In this document: positions 1 through 9,605 of the stretch, one piece after another | Layout of the letters: every line of letters begins with the position of its first letter | Position numbering within the stretch: the stretch's first letter is position 1 | Source of the DNA: an uncultured Synechococcus sp. | Lineage (GTDB): Bacteria; Cyanobacteriota; Cyanobacteriia; PCC-6307; Cyanobiaceae | NCBI GenBank assembly: GCA_913050105.1 | Contig: CAJWZN010000001.1 | Coordinates: 1 to 38,095, forward strand | Length of the DNA stretch: 38,095 nt | Direction: 5' to 3' | Program-made: the position numbers and the translations under genes | The notes under the pieces: generated by a model | Told to the model about the DNA's origin: nothing | The model's input: the letters and a program-made list of their open reading frames with translations, nothing else | Database searches by the model: none

Positions 1-679
1 TGCGAATGAGCGAATCGGGGTCGTCCCGGTCGCGCAGAATTCCAGGGGTATCCGTAAGCAGAACCAGCTTTTCAGCTTCTAGGGCTGCTGCCAGTTCTCC
101 GGCCACAGTGTCGGCATTGATGTTGTGGGCGTGTCCGTCGTCTGGTGTGGCGGCAACGCTGGAAATCACAGGCACGTAACCACGCTCGAGCAATGGCTCC
201 AGCACGTCGGGGTTGGTGCGCGCCACATCCCCAACAAAACCATGGCTGCCATCGCCCCATGGCCTGGCTTCCACCAGGCCACCATCGCTGCCGCTCAAGC
301 CGACAGCCCTTGCTCCGAGCTGGTTGAGGCCGTTAACAATCTGTTTGTTGACCCGACCCACCAGCACCATCTCCACCACATCCATGGTGTCTGCATCTGT
401 CACCCGAAGTCCATCGCGAAATTCAGCTGGAATCTTCAGCTTCTTCAGCCATTGATTGATTTCAGGTCCGCCGCCGTGAACCACAACCGGTTGCACGCCC
501 ACACAAGCGAGCAGCGCCAGGTCACGAAACACAGCATCACGCAGCTCAGCATGGGCCATGGCGGCGCCGCCGTATTTGATGACGATGCGGCGGCCAGAAA
601 ATCGCTGGATGTAAGGCAGAGCCTCACTCAGCACGGAGACCCTCAGGGCGTCATTCCCCGCCTGAATCGGTTCAGGCAT
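1..679 (-). CDS. argB: Acetylglutamate kinase, 5' part (runs off the window start; missing from the ORF track)
   Basis: Manual minus-strand translation from ATG 679: [41 protein letters not shown]...[11 protein letters not shown]...GLRVTD...[30 protein letters not shown], all NAGK motifs. Confidence 0.96.
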   Translation of the reverse strand, partial: MPEPIQAGNDALRVSVLSEALPYIQRFSGRRIVIKYGGAAMAHAELRDAVFRDLALLACVGVQPVVVHGGGPEINQWLKKLKIPAEFRDGLRVTDADTMDVVEMVLVGRVNKQIVNGLNQLGARAVGLSGSDGGLVEARPWGDGSHGFVGDVARTNPDVLEPLLERGYVPVISSVAATPDDGHAHNINADTVAGELAAALEAEKLVLLTDTPGILRDRDDPDSLIR

Positions 680-1208
680 CGGGCAGGAGCATCAGATCGA
701 AGCGATTGTCCTCGAGGACGTTGAGTTCGGCGCGAACACCCTTGGCAAAAAAACGACCGAGCCGCTCGCGCTTGTTCTCCCAGCGCTCAAGGGGCACTGC
801 ATTCGGCTGGAACCGCAGCCTGAGGCCATATCCCTCCGCGGAGTGCAATTCTTCTATCTCCTCAAGCTGAGGTGGGTTGTCTTCATCCCAGAGCTTGAGA
901 GCTTCCAAGGACGTCTCCAGATGTGCTTTCTGGCCGTAGCGCCAACGGGTTACGTCAGCCAGAAGTTTGGCCAGCTCCGGTGATGCTTGATCCCGTTCTG
1001 ATTTCAGCTGGGATGCGGGGGTTACTCGCCTGGCTGGAGGCAGCTCGGACGATTTCAGCGCCAGCCCCCCAAGCAGGATGGGTATCCCGTAAAAAATCGT
1101 TGGCAGGCTCAGGTTGGCGCTTCCAGTGGCATACGCCACGGCACCAACGACAGTCAGAACGCCTCCGGCGATGGTGACCAAGCTTCCTGGGGCCAGCAGT
1201 TCCTTCAT
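672..1208 (-). CDS. Conserved cyanobacterial membrane protein (DUF2854-like)
   Basis: Two N-terminal hydrophobic segments, [14 protein letters not shown] and [13 protein letters not shown] motifs; ATG 1208 preferred over GTG 1217; 8-nt overlap with argB start. Confidence 0.75.
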   Translation of the reverse strand: MKELLAPGSLVTIAGGVLTVVGAVAYATGSANLSLPTIFYGIPILLGGLALKSSELPPARRVTPASQLKSERDQASPELAKLLADVTRWRYGQKAHLETSLEALKLWDEDNPPQLEEIEELHSAEGYGLRLRFQPNAVPLERWENKRERLGRFFAKGVRAELNVLEDNRFDLMLLPDA

Positions 1209-1252
1209 GGACGCCACGACAAGGACGCCATTGTGACCTCCCGGCCATCAGG

Positions 1253-1471
1253 ATGGGGAGGCGATGCCCAGCGTTGACCGTGACCGGAGCCTCCAGAGAG
1301 GAGTTAGAGGACCTTCTCCAGCAGCTCGATACCGATCGGGCTTGGTTGCTGCAGCAAATTGACAGCGGTCGCTGGGTTGATCTGCGCCTGGATCTGGCAG
1401 CTCTGGAGCGGGAGCTTGGCCAGATGATCGCGCGCGCGGGTGAGTTGCTGGAGGATTCAGGATCCCGGTGA
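1253..1471 (+). CDS. Small helical hypothetical protein
   Basis: Amphipathic LEDLLQQLDTDRAWLLQQIDSGRW..LRLDLAALERELGQ fills the gap between DUF2854-like and ssb; start may be TTG 1274. Confidence 0.65.
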   Translation: MGRRCPALTVTGASREELEDLLQQLDTDRAWLLQQIDSGRWVDLRLDLAALERELGQMIARAGELLEDSGSR

Positions 1472-1473
1472 GA

Positions 1474-1932
1474 TCAGAACGGGATCTCGTCGGTATCCGG
1501 CACCAGGGGAGCTGCATTCCAGTTGGCAGCCTCCGGTTCCGCCTTCACAGGAGCAGGGGCGGATGGCGCCGCCGCCTTGTTCGTCGGGGTGGACGGAGCT
1601 GCAGCGCCACCTCCACTGCCACCTCCACTGCCACCGACTGGGTGCATCCGGGCCAGGGTGAATTCCGCCCGCTTTTCCTTCATGCCGTCCTGTCGGGGCA
1701 CGGTGTTCATGCGAAGTCGACCCTCCAGCATCAGACGCTGGCCGACCTGAACCTTGCTCTGGAGCTCCTGGGCAAGGTTTCCCCAACCCACAACCTTGAG
1801 TTCCCCGGGTGGGTCACCATCTCTCAGGGCGTCAAACCGAACGGTCATTTCGCCGATTGGAGTTTGGTTGTCCTGGGTATACCGAATGGTCGGAGCATCT
1901 ATCACCTCCACTTCCAGCACGCAGTGGTTCAT
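1474..1932 (-). CDS. ssb: Single-stranded DNA-binding protein
   Basis: MNHCVL...PTIRYTQD OB-fold start, GQRLMLEGRLRM, Gly/Pro/Ala linker, acidic DEIPF tail; ATG at 1932. Confidence 0.92.
   Translation of the reverse strand: MNHCVLEVEVIDAPTIRYTQDNQTPIGEMTVRFDALRDGDPPGELKVVGWGNLAQELQSKVQVGQRLMLEGRLRMNTVPRQDGMKEKRAEFTLARMHPVGGSGGGSGGGAAAPSTPTNKAAAPSAPAPVKAEPEAANWNAAPLVPDTDEIPF
1606..1635. repeat. 12-bp tandem repeat (gccacctccact x2.5) encoding the GGSGGGSGGG linker of SSB
   Basis: gccacctccact gccacctccact gccacc read directly. Confidence 0.9.
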
Positions 1933-1961
1933 GGTCTTCACCGATTCCGGGGGACATCCTG

Positions 1962-2783
1962 ATGCAAGGCCGCGGCTTTCGCCAGCAGCGCATCTGGCTT
2001 TTGGCTGGAACAGGGGAAGGGCCGCAGCTTGCCGCAGCACTTGAGCGCCATGGCTGGCGAGTGTCAGTGAGCGTTGTCACTGCTTCAGCGGCACGCGCTT
2101 ATGCGGGATTCGATCTTGATCAGATCAACGTTGGTGCTCTTCAGGGGCCTGAAGCCATCACGGCAGAACTGATGGCCGGCTCCCCTTTCCACTGTGTTGT
2201 GGATGCGACGCATCCATTTGCCTGTCAAATCAGTGCTGATCTGCAACGCGCTTGTGCCGCTGCAGATCAGCCACTGCTGCGTTTCGAACGGGCTTTGGAA
2301 GGCGGAAAGAGGGGGAGCTTGCTGAATCAATGGGGTGACCTGGAGCGAGCTGATGTGCGCGGGCGCAGACTCTTCCTGGCAATCGGTGGTCGTCATTTGC
2401 CGATGGCCCATGCAGTTGCGCGTGCTGCTGGAGCTGAGGTGTTCGCCCGATGCCTTCCCTCCGCCACTGGTTTGCGCCTGGCGCTGGCGGCCGGATTATC
2501 TCAAGGCCACCTGGCGGTACTGAGGCCCCTGCAGGGCGCGGACCCAGGAGCGATTGAACGAGCTCTCTGCCGGAGGTGGGGCATCAGCACCGTTCTTTGT
2601 CGACAGTCCGGTGGTGTCACGGAACGGCTCTGGCGCCGTATCAGTGATGAGCTGGATCTGGATCTACTGCTGCTGCGTCGTCCATCACCACCGGCGGGCG
2701 TTGAAACTGTCACCTGTGAGTCGGATTTGTTGCGCTGTCTTTCCGGTTCTTTGTCATCACCCCTCAAATCAACCCATGACTGA
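1962..2783 (+). CDS. cobK: Precorrin-6A / cobalt-precorrin-6A reductase
   Basis: IWLLAGTGEG, VVDATHPFA, RFER, LCRQSGG motifs; ATG 1962, divergent from ssb. Confidence 0.92.
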   Translation: MQGRGFRQQRIWLLAGTGEGPQLAAALERHGWRVSVSVVTASAARAYAGFDLDQINVGALQGPEAITAELMAGSPFHCVVDATHPFACQISADLQRACAAADQPLLRFERALEGGKRGSLLNQWGDLERADVRGRRLFLAIGGRHLPMAHAVARAAGAEVFARCLPSATGLRLALAAGLSQGHLAVLRPLQGADPGAIERALCRRWGISTVLCRQSGGVTERLWRRISDELDLDLLLLRRPSPPAGVETVTCESDLLRCLSGSLSSPLKSTHD

Positions 2784-3153
2784 AACGTCCTGCCTTGTCG
2801 TGGCTTTGACCACTGAAGGCGATCAGGGGCGGGCTGAAGCCTTGGCCGAGGCTTTGCTGGAACGCCGCTTGGTCGCCTGCATCAGCCTTCAACCTCAGAG
2901 GTCGATGTATCGCTGGAACGGACGGCTCGAGCGGGGAAGCGAAGTACAGCTGCTTCTCAAGACCAGTCCCTGCTGTCTTGATGTGTTGCGTCAGACCGTG
3001 ATGGAGCTGCACAGCTACGACACGCCTGAATGGATCAGCTGGCCGGTGGATGCTGCACCGGCCTATGGCCAATGGGCTCTTGCGGAAATCAGTTCAGGTG
3101 GGTTGCCGCAAGCTGCTGGAGAGACAGCTGGGACCGAGCGCCCAGCTGTGTGA
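2776..3153 (+). CDS. cutA: Divalent-cation tolerance protein CutA
   Basis: LLERRLVAC, SMYRWNG, EVQLLLKT, LHSYDTPE motifs; ATG 2776 overlaps the cobK stop. Confidence 0.92.
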   Translation: MTETSCLVVALTTEGDQGRAEALAEALLERRLVACISLQPQRSMYRWNGRLERGSEVQLLLKTSPCCLDVLRQTVMELHSYDTPEWISWPVDAAPAYGQWALAEISSGGLPQAAGETAGTERPAV

Positions 3154-4111
3154 CGATCTGGCCTGCACAAAGTGCTCCCAGTTCACCGCAACGTTGCAGC
3201 TCTTCTCCCTGGGTGAAGGCATGCAGGAACCCCCCGGCGTAGAGATCGCCGGCACCGGTGGTGTCAACGAGCTCACCCAGGTTGACGATGCCGATGTCAA
3301 GACGCTGCTCACCACTGAGCACCACGGAACCTTCGCCACCACGTGTGATGGCAATCACCTCACAGCATCCCCGAACATCCCTGATGGCGCTGTTGATGTC
3401 TTCGGTTTGATAAAGCGACATGATCTCCACCTCATTCGCAAACAGCACATCCACATGACCGTTCACTAACTCCAGGAAGCTTTCTCGGTGACGGTCCACG
3501 CAGAATCCGTCCGAGAGCGAAAGCGCCACCTTGCCGCCTGCGGCTCGGCAGGCCTCGGCTGCTGCGATGAAGGCGCGTTTTGCTGCTGGGCTGTCCCAGA
3601 GGTAGCCCTCGAGATAGAGAACCTTGGTCTGTCGGACCATTGAAAGATCCAGATCTTCAGGCTCCAGTTGTGTTGAAGCGCCGAGGAAGGTGCACATCGT
3701 GCGCTCGGCATCGGGCGTCACGTAGATCAGGCAACGTGCTGTCGTAGCTCCTTCTGTTGCGGCAGGGGTGTCGAAGCGAGCCCCAACAGCACGGATATCT
3801 CGGCTGAAGATAGTGCCGAGTTTGTCATCCCTCACACGGCCGATGAAGCCTGCCCGACCACCCAACTGAGCGATTCCCACAATGGTGTTCGCGACCGATC
3901 CGCCGGACGTTTCCAAGCCATCACCTCCTGCGGAGTAGAGGGTTCCAGCCTGGGCCTCATCGATCAGGGCCATGCCGCCTTTTTGAAGGCCGTTGTCATT
4001 CAGGAAAGCGTCGTCGGTCTGAACGAGCACATCAACAATGGCGTTGCCGATGCCAACGACATCCAGGCTGCAGCTGCTGGGGAAGCGGGCATCGGGAGCC
4101 ATAACGGGCAT
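3089..4111 (-). CDS. PfkB-family carbohydrate/adenosine kinase
   Basis: GIGNAIVD, SGGSVANT, ERTMCTFLGA, LFANEVE, VDTTGAGDLYAGG (PfkB signature); alternative ATG 4102. Confidence 0.92.
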   Translation of the reverse strand: MPVMAPDARFPSSCSLDVVGIGNAIVDVLVQTDDAFLNDNGLQKGGMALIDEAQAGTLYSAGGDGLETSGGSVANTIVGIAQLGGRAGFIGRVRDDKLGTIFSRDIRAVGARFDTPAATEGATTARCLIYVTPDAERTMCTFLGASTQLEPEDLDLSMVRQTKVLYLEGYLWDSPAAKRAFIAAAEACRAAGGKVALSLSDGFCVDRHRESFLELVNGHVDVLFANEVEIMSLYQTEDINSAIRDVRGCCEVIAITRGGEGSVVLSGEQRLDIGIVNLGELVDTTGAGDLYAGGFLHAFTQGEELQRCGELGALCAGQIVTQLGARSQLSLQQLAATHLN

Positions 4112-4143
4112 GCAAACAGCAACGCAGTATGCCCTTCGGTGGA

Positions 4144-5463
4144 TCAGGCGCTGAGCAGAGCGCGCTTGGGGCCGTGGATGGGATCTTCAACCACGATGGT
4201 TTGGTCCCGGCTCGCGCCAAGCGAGACAATGGCTATGGGCACTTCCATAAGGTCAGCCAGGAAGCGCAGATAGTCCATCGCGGCCCTGGGCAGGTCCTCA
4301 AGCTTGCGGCAATCCTCCGTTGAGCATTGCCACCCTGGCAATGTCTCAAAAATGGGCTGGCAGCGGGCGAAATCCTCGGAGCTGCTTGGGAAGTGCTCGA
4401 TGCGTTCACCGTCCAATTCGTAGGCCACACAGACCTGGATTTCATCGAGTTCATCAAGCACGTCGAGCTTGGTCACCGCCAGGCAGTCAAGGCCGTTCAC
4501 CTGAACGGCGTAGCGCCCGATCACGCCATCGAACCAGCCACAACGCCGTCGCCGCCCAGTTGTGGTTCCGAATTCAGCGCCCCGTTCGGTGAGTTGATCA
4601 TTCAGCCGTCCGCTGAGCTCGGTTGGGAAGGGGCCTTCTCCCACCCGGGTGGTGTACGCCTTGGCAACCCCGATCACACGATCGATCAGGGTGGGACCAA
4701 CCCCAGCTCCGATGCAGGCGCCCCCTGACACCGGATTGGAGGAGGTGACATATGGATACGTGCCGTGGTCGAGATCCAGCAGTGTCCCCTGGGCTCCCTC
4801 GAACAGGATGTTCTTTTTGTTCCTGGCTGCTTGATGGATGGCACGCGTGCACTCCACAACGTGGGGAGCGAGCCGTTGTCCGTAACCCAGATATTCCTGA
4901 ACGATGGCTTCAGCATCAAGTGGCTCGACGCCATAGATGGTTTCCAGGAGCTGATTCTTCTCCTGCAGGGGACCTTCCAGCCGGTCCCTCAGACGCTGCT
5001 CGTCCAACAGGTCGATCACACGGATTCCGCTCCGCTGTGATTTGTCGGCGTATGTAGGACCGATGCCACGGCCTGTGGTTCCGATGCGGCGATCGCCGCG
5101 TTGCTTTTCCATCGCCAGGTCCAGCAGCCGGTGGTACGGCATCGTCACGTGGGCGGTCGATGCCAGCTGAAGCCCGGAAATGTCGATCTCGTTGGCGATG
5201 AGCATGTCCAGCTCACCCAACATCACTTTCGGATCGATCACGGTGCCGGATCCAATCAGACAAATTGTCTCTGGATAGAGGATTCCGGATGGGATCAAGT
5301 GGAGCTTGAGCACCCGGTCGTCAACAACGATCGTGTGCCCGGCATTCACTCCACCCTGGTAGCGAACCACCACATCTGCAGAGCGGCTGAGGAGATCAGT
5401 GATCTTCCCCTTCCCTTCGTCACCCCACTGCGCTCCGATGACGACAACGTTGGCCAAAGACAT
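4144..5463 (-). CDS. purA: Adenylosuccinate synthetase
   Basis: [47 protein letters not shown]. Confidence 0.99.
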   Translation of the reverse strand: MSLANVVVIGAQWGDEGKGKITDLLSRSADVVVRYQGGVNAGHTIVVDDRVLKLHLIPSGILYPETICLIGSGTVIDPKVMLGELDMLIANEIDISGLQLASTAHVTMPYHRLLDLAMEKQRGDRRIGTTGRGIGPTYADKSQRSGIRVIDLLDEQRLRDRLEGPLQEKNQLLETIYGVEPLDAEAIVQEYLGYGQRLAPHVVECTRAIHQAARNKKNILFEGAQGTLLDLDHGTYPYVTSSNPVSGGACIGAGVGPTLIDRVIGVAKAYTTRVGEGPFPTELSGRLNDQLTERGAEFGTTTGRRRRCGWFDGVIGRYAVQVNGLDCLAVTKLDVLDELDEIQVCVAYELDGERIEHFPSSSEDFARCQPIFETLPGWQCSTEDCRKLEDLPRAAMDYLRFLADLMEVPIAIVSLGASRDQTIVVEDPIHGPKRALLSA

Positions 5464-5548
5464 TGCGGCCCGAAGCCGCGAATCTGCACAATCCGCGACT
5501 ATCTCAGATTTGACGTGAACCTGTCAAAGGAGTGAGGTGAAGAACGGT

Positions 5549-5974
5549 TCAGCTGCCGCGGATCACCGATTTCTCAGCTTTGGCAAGTTCCTTTGCAAGG
5601 CGGTCGTGCAGGGCCTCGGGGATGGGACGATTCGCGTAGGAGGCGTAATGGCCTGCAAGCGAATTGAGCGCTGTCTGCATCGTTGTGAAGGAGCTCAAGC
5701 CGTTCACCCTGGGCTGAGGTCGGTAGCGCGACATGTAATCACTGATCAGGGCCCGTGCCTCCGCTTCAACCTCAGCGTGGTTCTCGGAATCCTGGGGTAG
5801 GTCGATTACCTCAAGCAAACTCCGGGACACAGCCACCGTGTCTTCCACGTAATCACCCGTGAGACGCGCCTCCGCATCTCCGCTGCAAGCGGTGAGTAGC
5901 AGAGACAAACCAAGAAACAGGGCAATCGCCACCCGGGATAACGACTGGGTAATACGGGCCAGGGCGCTGATCAT
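5549..5974 (-). CDS. psb27: Photosystem II assembly lipoprotein Psb27
   Basis: Lipobox LTAC, LTGDYVEDT, SFTTMQTALNSLAGHY. Confidence 0.95.
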   Translation of the reverse strand: MISALARITQSLSRVAIALFLGLSLLLTACSGDAEARLTGDYVEDTVAVSRSLLEVIDLPQDSENHAEVEAEARALISDYMSRYRPQPRVNGLSSFTTMQTALNSLAGHYASYANRPIPEALHDRLAKELAKAEKSVIRGS

Positions 5975-5998
5975 GACAATGGCGATGTTGATGTGACT

Positions 5999-7780
5999 TT
6001 AAGGGCGCAAAGCGCTGACAAGGCTGGAGGTGGCCTCTGCATGGGGCAGTTTGCGCATCTCGCGGTTGGATCTCTCAATCAGTTCAACGTTGCCTTCTGC
6101 TGCGTCGCGGCCAATGACGATCCGCCATGGGATCCCGATCAGGTCGGCATCCTTGAATTTCACCCCGGCACGCTCCTTGCGGTCGTCCAGCAAAACGTCG
6201 ATTCCCGCCTCCAAAAGAGTCGTGTAGGTGGCTTCACCCAGGGCCAGTTGGGTCTCGTCCTGAATGTTGGCCACCACCACGATTGCTTCAAAGGGAGCAA
6301 TGGCCGTTGGCCAGCAAATACCAGCGTCGTCGTGGTGCTGTTCAACGGCAGCTTGCGCAAGACGCGAGATCCCGATGCCGTAGCACCCCATCCAGAAGGC
6401 TTCATCGCGCCCGCTCTCGTTGGTGAATCGGCAGTCCATCGCTTGGGAGTACTTGCGGCCGAGTTGAAAGATGTGACCCACTTCAATTCCCCGTTTGTCC
6501 TGCAAGCGGGCCTTGGGGTTATGCACGCATGCTTCACCGGCTCGGGCATTTCGCAGATCTTGTCCCCCGGGCCGTCCCCCCAGAGTCTCCCAATCGCTGT
6601 GGCAGCGGTGGAGATCATGGTTGTTGCCGCCGCAGTGAAACCGATCCAGTTCAGTGGCGGTGTTGTCGGCCAGACGAATGAAGGATGGTGCCCAACTGCG
6701 AGCACCTTTGAGCACGGCGTCATCAAGGTCGGGGCCGATGGCACCGAGAGGTAGAGGAGCCAGTCCTTGCCGGGCCGTCTCTTCAACCGTGATCGGGTGG
6801 CAGTCCAGTACGCCCTGATCCATCAATCGACTCAGGGCATTGACCAGCTTGACCTGATTGAGTTCCTGATCTGCCCGCAGTGAAACGAGGAGAGGCTTTT
6901 CGCTCTCATCCTCCATCCGGGCCATCAGGATCAGGACCTTCACCACCTGGGAGGGATGCCAGCCCTGGGTTTCGCAGAGCGACTCGATGGACCCCTGTCC
7001 GGGAGTCTTCAGGGTGATCGGCTCTCCAGTTTCAAGAGGGATGGCTTCATGGGGGCAGGAGATGGCCTTCTCCTGGTTGGCGGCGTAGAGGCCGTCATCA
7101 CTGATCAGGATCAGGTCTTCGCCTGCATCGGCGGTCACCATGAACTCCTGGGATGCGGCTCCGCCGATGGCTCCGCTGTCCGCATCAACGGGCACGGCAT
7201 CCAGTCCGCAACGCGCGAAGATCCGCCGGTAGGCCTCGTCCATCGCTGTGTAGGTCGCTTGAAGGCTTTCCTCGGTTGCATGGAAGGAGTAGGCATCTTT
7301 CATGATGAATTCCCTCCCACGCATCAAGCCAAAGCGTGGCCGGATCTCATCCCGAAACTTGGTTTGGATTTGGTACAGATTCACCGGGAGCTGGCGGTAA
7401 GAGCGCAACAACTCCCCCGCGAGGCTTGTGATGACTTCTTCGTGAGTCGGGCCAAGACCCAGTTCCCGTCCCTGGCGATCCTCCAGGTGGAACATGATTC
7501 CTTCTCCTGCGGTGTAGCCCTGCCAACGCCCACTTCGTTTCCACAACTCAGAGGGATGCAGCTGCGGAAGAAGGGTCTCGAGGGCGCCTGCGCGACTCAT
7601 CTCTTCCCTGACGATGCTGGTGATGCGTTGGATCACCTTCCACATGAAGGGAAGGTAGGCGTAGATCCCTGATCCCACGCGTCGGATGTATCCGGCACGG
7701 AGCAGCAGTTGATGGGAGGCGATCTCGGCTTCTGCCGGAACATCGCGCAGCGTCACCAGCATCTGGCGGGAGACGCGCAT
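5999..7780 (-). CDS. proS: Prolyl-tRNA synthetase (with INS editing domain)
   Basis: SHQLLLRAGYIR, LGPTHEE, KFRDEIRPRFGLMRGREF, GIEVGHIFQLG, MGCYGIG, GVKFKDADLIGIP; ATG 7780. Confidence 0.99.
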   Translation of the reverse strand: MRVSRQMLVTLRDVPAEAEIASHQLLLRAGYIRRVGSGIYAYLPFMWKVIQRITSIVREEMSRAGALETLLPQLHPSELWKRSGRWQGYTAGEGIMFHLEDRQGRELGLGPTHEEVITSLAGELLRSYRQLPVNLYQIQTKFRDEIRPRFGLMRGREFIMKDAYSFHATEESLQATYTAMDEAYRRIFARCGLDAVPVDADSGAIGGAASQEFMVTADAGEDLILISDDGLYAANQEKAISCPHEAIPLETGEPITLKTPGQGSIESLCETQGWHPSQVVKVLILMARMEDESEKPLLVSLRADQELNQVKLVNALSRLMDQGVLDCHPITVEETARQGLAPLPLGAIGPDLDDAVLKGARSWAPSFIRLADNTATELDRFHCGGNNHDLHRCHSDWETLGGRPGGQDLRNARAGEACVHNPKARLQDKRGIEVGHIFQLGRKYSQAMDCRFTNESGRDEAFWMGCYGIGISRLAQAAVEQHHDDAGICWPTAIAPFEAIVVVANIQDETQLALGEATYTTLLEAGIDVLLDDRKERAGVKFKDADLIGIPWRIVIGRDAAEGNVELIERSNREMRKLPHAEATSSLVSALRP

Positions 7781-7927
7781 GGCAATTAAGAAATTGAGGA
7801 TGCGAGAAGTTATCACCGCCCCATATCAGGTCGATTTGAAAACTGTCTCCTGCGTGAGGGAACGTCTGTGCGGCACGAGTCTTGGCTGCTACCCTCCGCT
7901 GAGTCCAGCCTGTCCTAGGCCTGTCTC

Positions 7928-8392
7928 ATGTTTCCTCGGTCGGTTGAATCCGCTACATCCCAGGTTCAACACTCCGTGGAGATCGCCATAGAGAACATGA
8001 CTTCCGGATCCAGTGGTGATGCGCTGGTTGGAATTGATGATGTGCAGAAATCTCTGAATCGATCCAGAGCATCGGTTTATCGATACACCAACACCGACAC
8101 AAGAAACCTCAATCCCCCGTTCAACCCTCGCAAGCTCAATCCTGAATTTCGAAGTGATCAGAAAGATCCTCTTCTGTTTCACCCCAATGAGGTTGCTCGT
8201 TTCGCCAAGGATGTTCTGAGGATCAAGGAAGTCACTGTTGAGGTTCTGAATTCACCTTCAACGGCAACGCAGCAGATGCTTGGGGCCATTCTTGAAGAGC
8301 TCAAAGGAATTCGAATTCATCTCGAATCGGTTAGCGATTTACCGGCAGATCTCGCTTCCCACCGAGATCGTAAGGATCGTCCTGCTGCGTGA
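7928..8392 (+). CDS. Hypothetical protein with a putative (winged) helix-turn-helix
   Basis: VGIDDVQKSLNRSRASVYRY HTH-like segment, LFHPNEVARF, C-terminal amphipathic helix. Confidence 0.75.
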   Translation: MFPRSVESATSQVQHSVEIAIENMTSGSSGDALVGIDDVQKSLNRSRASVYRYTNTDTRNLNPPFNPRKLNPEFRSDQKDPLLFHPNEVARFAKDVLRIKEVTVEVLNSPSTATQQMLGAILEELKGIRIHLESVSDLPADLASHRDRKDRPAA

Positions 8393-8462
8393 ATTTTTCA
8401 GCGGTGACACAATTGAATGAACTTTGACTGGGATAAGGGGCTCGGCATGCCGGCCCAACAAC

Positions 8463-8768
8463 ATGGACTCACAACCTGCAGTCCCTCCACAAGACGACAG
8501 CCACGTTTCGTCTGAAGCCGGAGAGGAACCTTTCAGTCCGGGATTGCCCCTCCAAGCCCTCAGCGGTTTTATTCTCGCCTTGATGAGCGTTTCGCTCCCT
8601 TTGGTTGCGGTATTCACCGATCGCGAATCCACGTCGGACCGTCTGATTCCGGCAGCCCTCGAACGCGATGAATCTCAGTCGACTCCCCCCCTCACCGTCC
8701 TCCGACCTGGTGCACCTTCTGGTGGTGAACCCAGCGGGCAGTCGTCACCAGTACGACTATTGCCTTGA
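8463..8768 (+). CDS. Small single-TM hypothetical protein
   Basis: Acidic N-terminus, one hydrophobic stretch (ALSGFILALMSVSLPLVAVF); 3' end overlaps the ppa-like gene by about 100 nt. Confidence 0.55.
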   Translation: MDSQPAVPPQDDSHVSSEAGEEPFSPGLPLQALSGFILALMSVSLPLVAVFTDRESTSDRLIPAALERDESQSTPPLTVLRPGAPSGGEPSGQSSPVRLLP

Positions 8769-9177
8769 TACTGAACTGCTGGTTCTGAAGCGGGTGCTGG
8801 ATTCTTCCATCCGTCATCCCTTCGATCATGGGTTTGTTCCCAACACCAAGGCACTGAACGGAGGCCCACTGGCGGCCATGGTGATTGCCGCCGAGCCCCT
8901 CCCCACAGGCTGTCTGATCCGAGCTCGTCCGATCGGGTTACTGGAGCTGCATGAGCAAAGTCAGTGCCTCAGCACCTTGCTGTGTATTCCGGATGCCGAC
9001 CCACGTCAGGATGCGATTCAGAGCATTCGTCAGATCGCGCCGGCACAGCTGGAAGAGATCGCTGAATTCTTCCGGACCATCCGTAATCTCGAGGGTGGGT
9101 CAGTTCTGCGTCAGGGGTGGCGCGATGCAGATGCGGTACCGCCGTTGTTGAAGCGCTGTGCTGCGGCAGCACGCTGA
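8668..9177 (+). CDS. Family I inorganic pyrophosphatase homolog with degenerate active site
   Basis: Scaffold motifs PAGS, GFVPNT, GCLIRARPIG, PDADPR, IAEFFRT, GWRDA present; DxDPxD reads NGGPLA. Confidence 0.85.
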   Translation: MNLSRLPPSPSSDLVHLLVVNPAGSRHQYDYCLDTELLVLKRVLDSSIRHPFDHGFVPNTKALNGGPLAAMVIAAEPLPTGCLIRARPIGLLELHEQSQCLSTLLCIPDADPRQDAIQSIRQIAPAQLEEIAEFFRTIRNLEGGSVLRQGWRDADAVPPLLKRCAAAAR

Positions 9178-9245
9178 ACATCTAATGGTCGTAGCCCCCA
9201 GCCGAATGCTTGTAGGTTGGTGCGCACCAATACCACCGTTGCGCC

Positions 9246-9605
9246 GTGCCCACCATCCAATATGAGCAGGAAGGACAGCAAGTTGGATGCATTGAAGGTG
9301 CCAATTTGCGCAAAGCGTCATTGGATGCTGGGGTCAATCCCTACAACGGTGTCAACAACCTCAACAATTGCAGTGGTGTCGGTCAGTGCGGTACCTGCGT
9401 GATGGAAATCGTCGAGGGTCTTGAAAACCTTTCACCTCGCAGCGACGTTGAAGAGGTCTATCTGGCCGACCGGCCGGCCAACTTTCGTCTCAGCTGCCGC
9501 GCCAGCGTCTTTGGTGACGTCACAGTACGTACACGCCCCGCAGACGGAGTCGGACGGGGTTCCAACAGCCTGGTGGGTGCTGTTAAGGCCTTGTTCGGAC
9601 GCTGA
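9246..9605 (+). CDS. 2Fe-2S ferredoxin (CX5CX2C...C type)
   Basis: GANLRKA, NCSGVGQCGTC, RLSC. Confidence 0.92.
   Translation: MPTIQYEQEGQQVGCIEGANLRKASLDAGVNPYNGVNNLNNCSGVGQCGTCVMEIVEGLENLSPRSDVEEVYLADRPANFRLSCRASVFGDVTVRTRPADGVGRGSNSLVGAVKALFGR

Noticed and set aside
125-724. 199-aa plus-strand ORF
   Set aside because: Antisense shadow of argB, which the ORF track missed because it runs off the window edge.
1606-1635. Tandem repeat as CRISPR or contingency locus
   Set aside because: In-frame 12-bp unit encoding the Gly/Ser linker of SSB; no spacers or cas genes.
5089-5096. HIP1 octamer GCGATCGC (also near 11742, 32607 and 33792)
   Set aside because: Only a handful of copies noticed in 38 kb, all in coding sequence; no enrichment evident by eye.
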